DNA of 64,000 nucleotides from Raillietiella orientalis (Eukaryota), in NCBI GenBank assembly GCA_036172245.1, contig JAYWIR010000031.1, positions 1,550,001 to 1,614,000 on the forward strand, in the 5' to 3' direction. Numbering within the stretch: the stretch's first letter is position 1; each line of letters starts with the position of its first letter. The notes beneath the pieces were generated by a model, which was not told where the DNA came from, did not search any database, and saw only the letters and a list, made by a program, of their open reading frames with translations. This document shows positions 33,701 to 46,099 of the stretch, piece by piece. The translations under genes were made by a program, and so were the position numbers.

Positions 33701-36699
33701 GTTCTTGGTCCTCGAGGGCAGTGAACTGTCTCGGGGCCACCTTCCTGGTGTGCCCCATGTGTCAAAAAGCTTTCCATGCATCAGTTGAACAAGTTTGTCG
33801 GGCGACAGGTAATGTGATGACGGTCCCGTAGCAGAGAACGCGTAGCGGCATTACCCGCGAGCCGAGGTCACCCGGCCCTTGGCGCCCGTCATCTCGGCCC
33901 ACATCCCTGCTTGTGGCTTCTTTCCTGTACATTCGGCGACACCTAGCATCCGCATCACTGGCTGAAGATCGTGGCTGGAGTGAACTGAGTAGACCTGACT
34001 GTTGCGTGGTCCCTGACAACCTTTCGCATCGTGGGAACAGCGTCGGCTGACCTTCGGAGTGTTGGGGAGTCTCCGTGATGAGATCAGAACCAATAAGGTT
34101 CCCGGAGATTATGAACCAAGAATCTGCAAGAGGAAAGCCTTCTGCTAAGCAGACACTCTGCTGATCGTCAGATAACAAACAGTACCTCCATTGTTAACAC
34201 TCGGTTTACTCAAGAGGTTCTTGATCAGGAACTCTAAGCAGAGGTTTTCCACAGCCTTCTCCACTTCTTCGAACTGTTTAGCTTCCTCCTTGCTGTCAAA
34301 AAACAGCTGATGTACAGCGGATGTCCAGAGGTGTTTCGTAGTTTCGTCATCCGCTCTGTTGAGTAAAACTAAAGCTATATGTCGTTTTCTGGTGGTTCGA
34401 TGGAATGTTCCTGAGCTTTGGAGGTGTCTGGCGCCGATGTGCCGAATACCTGCTGTTCTGGATGCTAAACAGCATAATCATCTCACTGAGCTCTTCGCGT
34501 ACGATCCACTTTTCCGGACATCTTGGGATTCCAGGATCTCGATGGTCAACAGCGGCGAATGATTTTGTTCATTCTCTTGAATTTGCGGGATCCTCCAGCA
34601 CAGAGTTCGTGTCGGGATTTTTGGGCCTTCTCTTTTTAATCTCTTCCTTACAAGTGTGAGCTGTATCCATTATTCCTGCAAAGAACTCAGTTTGCAGTCC
34701 AAAATGCGTACGGAAGGTTTGTCTCATTGATTCGGGTGTTGCATCACACACAAAGTTTGCTTTTCAATACGAGAACATTCGTTTCAAGTCGGCAGTTCCC
34801 TTTGCGATTTGTTGCATCATCCTGTGTAGCACGCACTAAAAAGCTCCTGGTCTATCCCTGGTTGCTGATCCAGGGATTCGAGATGGGAAGAAGCGACATA
34901 ATGATTCTATTGATGTTGCTTGGGCTACTCACGCCTAGATCACTTGAGCTTGCAAGAGTGTTCCCACACCCTTTTTCACGCACTTTGGGAGGGAAACATG
35001 TAAGAATGTTGGGGAACCGGGACTGTATATCTCTATCCAAAGAAGCGTGGGCTCGGTTGGATGCGATTCTGATGCTGTACTTCCTTAGCAACCAACCCAT
35101 GTTGGTCATAAGCAATGTTCTTGTATTTGTTGGGAGTAGGGTCCATCCCCGGGAATGGACAGAGAAGCAGCTTGATATCTTCTTTCATTTCCTCGTCGTC
35201 AGCGCAGGCAAGATCTTTGTCTCCTACAATCACCTCGTGGTTACTTTGACTGCATTATTTGTCCTTCCTTCATGCAGGAATCGTATGCTTTCTTGTGCTT
35301 CATCAGCATCTTGAGAGCGGGTCTTGTTCTGAATCCTTGGTATGCAAACATGGCTCTCGATCTGGAAGCCAAGAACAGCCATCTCTCTTGAGGATCTCAT
35401 GCCCCGTCTCGGTTAACCAATTCCTACCTATCAGAGGCCATGATATCATCCCAGTAAGAAGAATCACGGGAATCCATAATTTCTGAAAATCTCTCAATTA
35501 TGTCGTCAATGCAACCACCTGCTTCTTCGATTGGCAACACAAGCAATGTCCCTTGTGAGCAGAGTTTGCGGAATTAAGGAGTGAGATTCAGCTGCTCGCG
35601 CATGGAGTGCTGCTGCTCCCGGAAGAATTCACACTGTTGCAATGCTGTGAGGATTCAGCGCTCCATGGCGCATTGGAAAGTTGCTGATTCAACGGGTCCC
35701 GGGAAGTTCAAACCTGGCGGCGGCCACACGTGGACTTTTGCCTCCCTGGGGGAAGTTGCCGTCCGAGCTGCTGATGTCTTCTGGCCTGGCCTCCTTGAAC
35801 CGAAAGTCCTTCTGATAGCGCATTAGCTGGCACGGTGGTGCGCTGGAGATCCCGTGTCCGTGCCGAACGGACGCCTCTTAGGGTTCGATTTTTGGCAACG
35901 TGGGCGCTGCTCTGTGCAGTTGCTGCGCAGCGCCCTCGGTCGCTGATCTCGTACGCTTGATGGCAGCTTCAGGTTCACAATCTCTGGAGGCACATGCAGG
36001 AGTGCTCCAAAACTCGGGATCCTGGATTGCCATCGATGCCGCGGGATCAGAATCACTGACCGGAAGCCCTCGGGTCGTCTGGACGCTTCGACGAACCGTT
36101 CATTCGACTTGCACTCCGATACAGGTGTGGGAGAGCCGTCTGCAGGATGCTCATTGGCTCGGATCAACTGCAACCTTTGAGACCACAGAAACAGCGTACG
36201 GCCGATCGGTTGAGTGTTAGGTGTCCCATGATTAGGTCCAGAATGGTCAGGATGCTGGATATAATAAGGTAATGTTCCGAAGGCTTCTTTGGCAGTTCTG
36301 GAGAACGGCTGAAGAGCTCGGATGCTCAAGCGGGATCCCATTCCAGAAACGTGGGAGTTTCTCGTCCTCAGGGATCGCTCGGAGTAAAGCGGCCTAACTG
36401 ATGAAGTGCCTGCTGAAGACGTGACCTCGTGAGCTGTCCTTTGTGATCTGCTCTTGCACAACCAAGTTTTCCCCAGTCAGACGAGCGCTGGGATGATCTC
36501 GTTTAGCCCACTTGCACACAAAAACGAAAACACGGCACTTTCTCAGTTTTTCGCACTTTGTCGTCCGGTGCACTTTTTTTTTTTTTTTGTCAAATGCAAA
36601 GTCTGCGATGTCTGTGCGCCCCGGTCATTAGAGAACATTGGGCGTTCCGTTCGCCTGACAGCATCCTCAATCCTCAAATCTGGGTAGCATCCTGAAGAG

Positions 36700-39600
36700 G
36701 TGACGAGACAACCAGGGTGGGATTCGTCCGCAGTTTCCAATGCCAATTCCCTTTTTTGACTGATCCTTTCCGGATTTCCATGGAAGACTTCATCGTTTTT
36801 GTACTTATCTTTGCCTTTCTGTCACGATGCTCGGGATGAATAGAACCATTGCGTACCATAGGATCGCATCGGGGAACGTTACCATCCCTTTCAGCCAATC
36901 CTTTCAGGATCCACCTTTGGTTTCGTCTGCAGGTTGTCACCGCCTTCAGCGTTGCCAAGTTCTGCACAGCGTCGGACAGATGGACTTCCTTGGCTCCACA
37001 CACTTTGCAGGATTCTTCTTGGATACTTGCCTGTCCAGTATTTGGTTCTCGAACCACTCAGGATTCCTCTGTGGTAGGGCACGGAGGAGTGCTGCTTGTC
37101 CGGTGACAGGTCACTCCTCCAGACTGTGACTTTAACCACTTGTAGGTTCACATTGAGGGACCTGTAGCTGCTGGCAGCCGTGGGGAGAGCGTCTCGGTTT
37201 TCTTTTCCAATGGGAAGGAGTTTTCGGTGATTTTTCTTCGTCATCTCGAACCACAAGGAGTTCTGTTTTTTCCAGATACCGCGTGTCCTGGGCGTGAAAT
37301 TCCTTGAAGTTGGTTAGACTACTACTGGAACCGTCTCATCTTGTGGTATTTGCCACATGTGGACCTCTGCTCACAGCATCCGATGGTCATTCATTTATAT
37401 CACATGTGGAACGGAAGGAAAAAAGGAATCACCGAGATCGATTCCTTCATCCAGATTTCTCTGCGGCGAGGCATTATTTTTAGTTGGTAAGTCTGGAGGC
37501 ATTATTTTTAGTTGGTCTTTTCAAGGTGAAATCGATGTTCATCCAATCTCCAGATTTGCCAATTAGGGCTGACCTCAGACGACTCGAGCTGTTCAACAAC
37601 TTTGAAAAGACTGTGCGCCGCAAACGGCCACCTGTTCCAGTCCTCGGCCTGTTCCAAGAGTTGTCGCGCGTTCCACGGCCTTCACGGAGCGTTCCTGCGA
37701 CTTCATCTCGGTCCCACCGTCTTTTCTCGGGTACAACAGCTTGAGCTTCACCCACGGTTTGAATTCTCTCCATGGTAATCTACGCTGCAGCTGTTCCACT
37801 TCCACCAGAGTTCTCTTATCCATTCTCCAGAAGGCCTCTCCGTAGCACCTTGGGAAGGAGCACGCAATTCCACGAGCTGGCCCTATGCTTCTCTCTGAAG
37901 AACCTGCGACACCGATGCATCACTGATGTGGGTACTAAAGATAGGTACTTGATTTCATCCACTACCTGGAATTCCGTCTCCGATAGTGTGGAGAGTTCCA
38001 GGACCCCGATGGGTAACAGTTGGTAAGTTGTGACCTCTAGGCAATGGTCCCTTCCTCCATTGACTGCACCACATTCAGGAACTCATGCTGATCCCCTTCA
38101 CCATTCAACAAGAGAAGACCGCATACGCCAGGTGAGCCAGTCTGTCGTCGCCTGTTGGAATATCTTGGAGATGGTCGCCTCTTTCCATCAACGACAACCC
38201 AGCCTCCTTGCAGATGACGAAGAGCATCGGACTAAGGGAGTCCCTTGGTGGATTTTCGCCTTCATCCGGATTCTTTCTGTGTCTCGTCCGCTTATTGAGA
38301 CCTTGAAATATTGCTCTTCAAGTATTCTTTCCACTTAGTAGCTGAACTACCTCGGAAAACCCAGTTTTCTCAATATTTTTAGCAGCATCTCAGGGTCCAC
38401 GGTGTCCAAGACCTTCTCCCTATCCGTGAAGCCCAGCATAGGGTTGTCGCTGATGCACCGGCCATAGCCGGTGGTGGTCTGGGTGCATCCGACGCTCCAG
38501 ACATGCGGCGTCCGGGCAACGCTCACGTCTACTTTGGAGAGATTACCGATGGTAAATCCGCGCTCAAGCGGTTGGACCAGATCTTGGTCAACCACTTGAC
38601 ATCCGAGTTCAGAGCATGTCACCCAGATGCATGTCTCTTCTGGGGATGGACATTTGCTAAGGACTAGAAAATCAGTATCTTGCCAACCAATCTCGCTTCA
38701 TTCATAGTTGAGCAAGCCAAATCGATGCTAAGAAATACTAAGAACCCAGCACCAGGATCAGATGATGTCACACATTCGAAATCGATGAATCCCGAAAGAG
38801 AGCCACTAACAACGATATGTGCCACAAGAGGCTTTCTCGTCGTGAAGAATCTTGCTTTCACAATCTTCTTCATCATCGGAGGACGTTGAGCGGAAGCCGA
38901 TCTTAATAGGAAACAGCACGAATCGCCTACATGCCTTATTCCGGCGTCCGAGATTCTGGATACTGGAAAGAGGAAACGGGATTCTGTGCCTCAAAGCAAA
39001 AGGGATTTCTCCCTTCTGTTGGAGTTCTGGGGCAACATATCACCCTCCAGCCGGCGATCCAAGCATATATGCATGGCGCTCACGGACCTTGCTAATGCGT
39101 CCGGAACTGTTTCGTACCAAATCACTTAGGCTGCTCCATCATTGGTGCAATCTGGTACTGAGATCCTGTTCTCGGATGCAGATCTATATGATACAGCAGT
39201 CACATCCATACAGCGGGATGGGCAGCAGGATACCAGAAGCAGGACGAAAAGGAGAGCTAAGCAAGGATTGCCGCTCGAATGCTTCACCTTTCATCATGAC
39301 CGCAAGGCATCTCCAGTGGGAAATGCAATTTCATGCAGAATACAAGCCTCGTTTGGGAAGAATCGCCTTCGGCAGACACTGACCACTTGATGATGCCAAC
39401 AAAGTCACCTGAAGAGCCATCTATCATCTTTATAAAGTTTGTGCTGTCTTTCTGGTTCCTCTGCTAACCCCAGTAAGTGTTCCACGCTGCACTTGCCCTG
39501 CCGTAACCCCAAAGAGGCAAGACCAACTATCTCCCGCACCAATGCATCAAGTATCCCACACTTGGAAACAGGTTAAGCTCACCAATCTCTACGAGGGATG

Positions 39601-41200
39601 GATTAATGACCAAGAAGGAGGCCTTCCTTGGCTCCGGCCTGTTCTTCTGACAAAAAATGGATGCTCTGGAAGCGTTTTCCTGTTCCAGCCTGGTGCGCTT
39701 TCGAAGGCTGGGAGTACTCTGCCTGCTTGTCCATCACGTTTGGATGCAAAGTCACATGGAGAGATTGGCTGTTTCTTCGTCCACTCTGTGAGAGAGCCAA
39801 CGAGTGCTTTTTCTGAGAATGTTAGGAAGATTGTCTGGACCTCATGAATCACCCGGAAGAGACAGATGCACTGAAGACAGACAGCTGCTCCTTACCTTCT
39901 CTGATTCGGCAGTCAAAACTCTTGTTCGCTTGACCCTCCTTCGGTCGGGTAGTGCATGGGGATGAGGGTTGCCACTTTGCCAACGGGAGTGAAGTTGGGC
40001 CGAACTTCTACCTGGATAAGCTTCCAAGGGATTCCGAAGTAAGAGCGTGGACATTCGATGCACGTGGTCACCGGGAAGGCGAGCGTCATCACGCACGATT
40101 GCAAATCGGGAGGATATTACCGCCAGCGTCATTGCACTCGACCGAGCCGAGTCTCCGGGATCTTCAGCGCGGTCAGGCGTGGCACTCACTCATGGGGAAT
40201 TACAGGAATCCATGGAAAAAAAACACGTCATGCTTCGGGTCGCATGAAAGCTAGAGCCACTTCCCAGCCTCAAGGGGATGCACCCGGTTTTCGAATCACC
40301 GACTCATCGACGCCTCCTGACTCGATGTCCTTCCGCTCAGGGGAATTGCTTTCCTAAAATAGGATCCTAGTGGCAGGAGGCGTAGAGATTGAAATGAAAC
40401 TCTGTCCCGTGTGCGCACATCGCCGTTTGTGGCATTCCCTACCGTGCATTGGGCCCTGTCCAGCGCCGTTGTTTGCGGAAAGCTGGAACACTGGCGACTG
40501 ACGTCCACCATTGGGGTATGTCCCCTTGTTGAGGTTGGAGCTTCGCTGGACGGATTCACTCCTGCACTCGACCTTTCTCGTAGCACCGGCCGACCTATGA
40601 GAGTGGTCGCCGTTGGGCGATGCCCGCTCGTTCGAGTCCTGGAGTTGAGTAGTGCGTGCAAAGGTTGATGTCTCCTGGAAAATCGAATTTGTAAATCTGA
40701 GCTGGGCCTGCTGGAAGTGTTCTAGCCAGCACTTCCGGGAGACGCCCAACCATGCTGGATGCTGGACTACACTCCAAAACACTGCACTGCATCATAGGGT
40801 GAATATGGCGACTAAAGCGAGCTAGGAAAAGGAGCCTGCGTGCAGCAAACTCATTTCTGAGGTGCTCACCTCTTCATCCGAAACTAGTGCTGCTGAAGAG
40901 AGCAAGAACGGTCACCGTGGATGTTGCCTGTCCCTTCAAAAGCACCCCTGTCGCGTTCAAAGGTTCCAGAGAGAAAGCGGACCAAATAATTCGATACCTT
41001 TCTCTCGACAGCAGATGTTCCGGGGATCGTCCGAGTCCACACATTGGCTATCTAGAGTTCCTCAAAATGAGAAGGTAGTACGAGAACCGAAGACCCCGCG
41101 GCTACGCTTCCACGAAATCAGGAGCCGTACGGCTGCGCTGATATCCGCTGTACATTGGACACATGGACCGCGACGTCCTCTCGACGAAGAAATCTTCCAG
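36700..41200 (-). mobile_element. near full-length decayed L1-clade retrotransposon
   Basis: In order on -: endonuclease-like remnants (~39500-40100); LNSDVKWLTKIWSNRL (~38590); GRCISDN..FTDREKVLDTV..LLKILRKLGFP; PLSPMLFVIC..LAHLAYA (~38130-38240); IKYL (~37950); zf-RVT-like ESCKVCGAKE..HL (~36980-37015). Many stops and frameshifts. Confidence 0.8.
37468..37516. repeat. 21-nt direct repeat (local tandem duplication)
   Basis: GAGGCATTATTTTTAGTTGGT at 37468-37488 and 37496-37516. Confidence 0.9.
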
Positions 41201-41499
41201 AAAGCCGACGCTTAAAAACTGGCATCAAATGATGCAGATGGACACGGAGGTTTTTCGAGAGCGAGCTCACGGAGGTGCCAGCGTACCCGGAAGTCACTCT
41301 CGGTGTGGATCCCTCTTTGCTCCTCTAAGGAAAGGGAAATTCTCCATCTCTTTGAGGATCCAAAAGGCAGGTCCGCGTGAGTCGCCAGCGCTGACGCGAA
41401 TAGAGGGAGGTTCACCTCGCTTCTGTGAGCACGCGGATATTGGGACGGCACCTGTGTGCTCCACGTTTCGTCTTCTTATGGGGGATTTGTAAAAAAGCG

Positions 41500-44300
41500 T
41501 GGGCTACGCACCTACCGCTCCAGACCCTTCGAGGCTAGGCAACTCGCTTCTCCTGGGGCATTTTGCAACCGGTCTTGAGGAGAAAGCAGCGTTCTCTAGC
41601 CGGGAGAGTTGTCCGCTGTCCATTCCCTGTCTCTTCCCAGAGAGAGCGCGAAGGCGGAGACCCCACTCCTCTGCCGCGAAGGCCGCAGGCAGTGGAGTCC
41701 CTGCCGGTGCTCCGCGGTCCACGTGAGCATGTCGCAACCGCTAGTACCGACGCCGCCAGACTGCAAGACAGGTCTTCCCAGAGATCTCTTCAGGAGAGAA
41801 GCCTCCGCAGATGTTGAGAATTGCGGGAGGAGGGTGTGTAATTCCCAATCCTCCCTTGAGCGCGTGCGCTGTTGGCAGCCTCCTTCCGGGACAACCATCG
41901 TGCGGGCCGCTTTTGCGACGACCAAGTCCATGGGCCAACTTCCAGCCGCGATCAAAAGAAACCGGTTCTCTCGGATGCTCTAGAGACTACTGGAGAAGGG
42001 ACGGCCTACCCTTTCCACTTCCAGGAACGTTTTCGCCCTCGGTTTTCTCACCCCCGGGAACGCGTTTCAACGTCCCGCGAGAGCGTTGACACGGTTGCCA
42101 CGAGCCATATCAGAGGAGGGTCTGTGGCAGATGCGATGGACCAGACGCCACTACACCACAAGAATAGGGCACTGTGGAAGGGGGATGAGACGATGACTCC
42201 GCTGCGTTTACCCCCCTCCTTTTGCATGGGGAAAGGCACAGTGTCTGAGGGTTATACGGACGCACCTTCACAGCAAGTCGCACGTGACCCAGGAGCGTCC
42301 CGAAGTGCGGCTATTGCAGCCGCGAGCAGACCGAGAGGCGCGCTCCGTGTGTGAGAGGAGCGGTGGAGAGTCCAGACCAGTCCGGACGCCTTAGATGATG
42401 TAAGAGGCGATCCATGGCCGTGACCTCTTTGTCTCTCTTCCTCTCAGTGGGTATCTAAAGAGCAGACAGGCATGTGTACGAGAGGGGAAGGAGAGCAGTG
42501 AACTCCATCCTCGTCTGGACCACCGAAAGTTCACCCTTCCTCTCCCAGCTCTGGATCTAGAGCGCGTGAAGGAGAAACACGGATACTGCGGGCTCGGTCA
42601 AGAGCTCGAGATGGAGTAGGCGCGAGCGCGCCGCCACACCCCTACTCCCTTCTTTCTCCCTTCCACGGGGTCACAGAGTCTCCTGATGAGGGGCGACGAG
42701 ATCGTAAGAAAGAGACCGAAGAGGGATCGCCGCACCCATGGCGACGGCTGAGAGCGACAGTGGGGAGGGGAGGAAGGAGTCCTTGTTTGCGGGGACGATG
42801 TCAGAGTGACACGCGCCTTCGCCAATCGTCCAGAAAGGCGGGAGTTCCTCCGAGACAACTCCTCCAGGTGCTGCTTCTGGGAGCCAAGGGATCGTAGGGG
42901 TGAAAAAGGTGGAAAGAGAAGCAGAAGGGAGAAGGGGGAGAGTTCCGGGAGGCACCCCGCTCTGGGGGACGCAGAACTGAAGCCCCATGGACGAAAAAGT
43001 GACCACAGGGTTTTTCCTCTCAGGGAAGGGACTCCCGAGACCTTTCGAGGAAAGGTAGGGAGTTTGGCCACTTTCTCTCTCTGTCACGCTTCTCTCTCCC
43101 AAGGCGCTCCTGTTCCCATGCCCTGGAGCACGGGCTCGGCGCCCAAGAGAGCAGTGAAAGGAGTGATCCGACCACTCTGCATGGTCCCAGAGGAGAGGGG
43201 AAAGGAAATGCTGCGCCCCGTGTTGCTGCACTGCTGTTTCCCTCCCTGCCAGCTGGCAATAACGACATGGCGAAGGGACCGACAGCGTCACGACTCGTGC
43301 CCACACGCAAGAGGCGCCCTGACTTCGGGAGAGAAGACCTAAGAAGGTAACACCCCTCTTTCCTACCCTGAGACCCCATGCTAGAGCATGGACGGTCCCT
43401 AAAGAAAGTGGGCGTCTAGTAAGACACGTCTAAGAAAGGAAGCAGCTACGAAGGACTCCAGAGGGGACACCGACCGAACGTCTTCCACCCACTCTGGAGC
43501 TTAGACCTTCCCTGGATGCCTCCCAGGAACGCAAAAAACCCTTCTGCGAAAGCGCGCGCACAAGCCGCAAAAGGTAGCGAACTGGAGCTGCTGGGGTGGA
43601 ACCCTGAATGCGTCTTTCAGGACAGGCGGAAGAGCACAGAGCCCTCGGGCTGCCGAGAGGTCGAGGCCGAAGAAGATGGCCACTCGCCGCACGCCACCTC
43701 CTCCCTCCTCATGTCCAGGAGAGACTCCTGAGAAGGGAGACAGAACGCCCGTTGGGAGGCTGCCTGTATACCAGGTAATAATGAGTTCCCGCTCCCGGTG
43801 CCAGGTGCTCGCGGGCAATAAGTGCTGCGGCCGGACAATCCAGGGCACAGACCGGGCTTCACACCTCCCTGACAGCTCCAGGCGATGGAAGAGGTCAGGG
43901 AATGCGTTCTGCACTCAGTCTTTCTCGAGCGCTCCTCAAGACAGGCCTCCCCTCTCCGTGTGACCGAGGACCAGGGTTGGGGAGCAGCTGCCGACTTCGC
44001 TTCTAGGGAGAGACGACCCCTGTGAGGTCTCCTATCTGCTCCTCTTCCCTGGAGCGCAAGGCACTCCCGTAGCAGCTCAAGAGGCCTCAAGGGGAGCTCA
44101 CCTCTTCCCTGCGGAGTTCCCTCGATGACTCTGGGAGTCTACCATTTAAAAGTAAAATCGTCCCAGGCAGCGAGTTGGAATAGAAGAGAACCTTTCTACT
44201 TGGCCATAGTTCGGAAGTCTTCAAGCCCGAAGTCATCCACCTCTCTCCTTCTTAGCGTGGAGGCCTTGAAAATTCGCCCTTGTTAGGATAAAAGCGCGCC
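41500..44300 (-). mobile_element. highly decayed APE/RT non-LTR retroelement
   Basis: EWSDH (endonuclease C-terminal motif, ~43170), DLVVAKAA (~41920) and SGKRQG..QLS (~41630) appear in the expected order. Confidence 0.4.
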
Positions 44301-44829
44301 CTCGCCGACCCTGCCGCCAGCTGCCCTCCTGCTCTGCACCTCACGCTACGTCTCGAGACTCCCCTGGGTGACCGAGGATCAGAGTGGACCCCCTTTGCAC
44401 GGTTCCCGCGGAACAACTGCGCCCGTTCTGCAGAGAGCGTGCGGAAGATCTTCATGACGGAGGTAGCATTCGGCCGAAGCTTTCTCGTGCTCCTGACTAC
44501 AGGAGCAGACATCCCGCAAGGGGGGGAGAGGGGAAGCACCGCGCTTTCTGGCCTAGCAGATGGTCCTTGGACCTTGGGGAGCGCGAGCAAGGGAGGGAAT
44601 ATGCGTGCAGGGGTAATTGCACCGGCTGGCTCCGGGATGGTCCCTCCTCCAGCATCGGAGGAAGAGGGACGACTAGCAGCTCTAGTACCCTTCCCGTGAG
44701 CTCAGGCATGCGCTGGTGACTAGAAACAGCAAGCGAAGATCACGGAAAGATCGGAGGAGCGCAGCAGTTCGTTAGCCGCAGATCGAGGATCTGAGGCGGG
44801 TTGACCTTCACGCGCATTCTGGAGATCCA

Positions 44830-45090
44830 CCTTTTCTCTGTCTCCACCTTTCTTCCTTTCTTCTGTCTCCTTTCCTCCCCCCCCTCCGAATTCCCATTCT
44901 CCCTACCTTCTCCTCCTCTCCTTTTTCCCTCCCTCCTCCCTCTCTCCTCTTCCTTTTCTCCTTCTTTTCCCTTCCTCTTCTCTTCTCCTCCTCCTCTCTT
45001 CCTAGTCCTCTCCCTACTTCTACTCCTCCCTCTTTTTCCTCTTCTTCTCTTCCTCCTTTTCCTTTCGTCTTTCAAATCCTTCTTCTTCCC
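44830..45090. repeat. polypyrimidine/polypurine low-complexity tract
   Basis: About 260 bp that is almost entirely C/T on the + strand. Confidence 0.9.
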
Positions 45091-46099
45091 TGTGCAGAAG
45101 AAGCAGCCCTCATCCTTGCCATTACCGCCTTGCAGGGCAGAGGAGGGAGAGTGGCGGCAGGGGACCGTGGAGGAAGGGAAAACGCTGGAAGGCTCTGCCT
45201 CTTGGCTCTTCCGGGTGCCAGCTTTCTTCGAGAGTGGGAAAAGGAGGCGATCCTGACGGTCTTGGCACAACAGTCGGCGCCACCAGGCCGGAGCAGCTGA
45301 GATTGGCCAGTCCAGCCGCTCAGAGGGCTCCGTGCTCCGGACATGCCTCCGGGCGCAGCCGCCGGCCTCTTCTCCAGCGGGGAAGGGAGAGGGCCGGTGA
45401 AAGGTGCGCTTTCGCAGAGGGCACTCCCCCGCTCGCTGCACGCGAGTGCGTTCGCTTGCCCGCCTCCGGTCCAGCCAGGCGAAGCGTGGAAGCTGTGCGC
45501 TAGAGAGCCCACGCACCGACCTTTCTCTCCTGAAGCCGCGGGCTCGAGCCAAGCGCTGCGTACGACCTTGCACGCGCGCGAACACGTGCCCGACTGCTTT
45601 CCCTCCCTGTTGCCCAGGGTTCCTCGGAGATGACCTGCGCGAGGGGGCTGTCGCCTGGAGGCGCAATTAATGGGGAGGGGAACGGACGTGAAAGAGAGTG
45701 GAGACGCGGGGCACGAGACCTCCCTTCGACCCCCCCTTCCGAGATTCTCTTGGGCTTCGTGAGTGCGTCTCGATCCGGGATGAGAAAGAGGATGCACGAG
45801 GTAGCAAGGGGGCCGCCACTTTCTGGAAATCCCCTTATTCCTCCTCCGTCGGAAGGTGGCGCGACGCCCTCAGGAGAGGACGAGGGACGGAGGAAACCCA
45901 CAGCAACAGGTGTAGCTCTGAGCCCCAATGCTGCTAAAATCCCTCCCCCATTTTCTGGCCCCCATAAGATCTGGGGGTTGATGGGGGAGAAGAAGCTAGA
46001 GGATGAACTCGGACCCCCTCCGGATACCCCCTAGCGGGTCATGTGGCCTCTCCGTTAGTAGATCCCCGCGAGATGCCGGCGACCTCCAGAGGCCGTTGA

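Noticed and set aside
42670..42725. Possible hammerhead ribozyme (CTGATGAG...GAAA)
   Set aside because: Stem II lacks the closing G-C pair next to the GAAA, and there is no stem III with an NUH site.
44740..45666. 308-aa Lys/Arg/Glu-rich ORF and its hydrophobic antisense ORF
   Set aside because: These are translations of the homopyrimidine tract.
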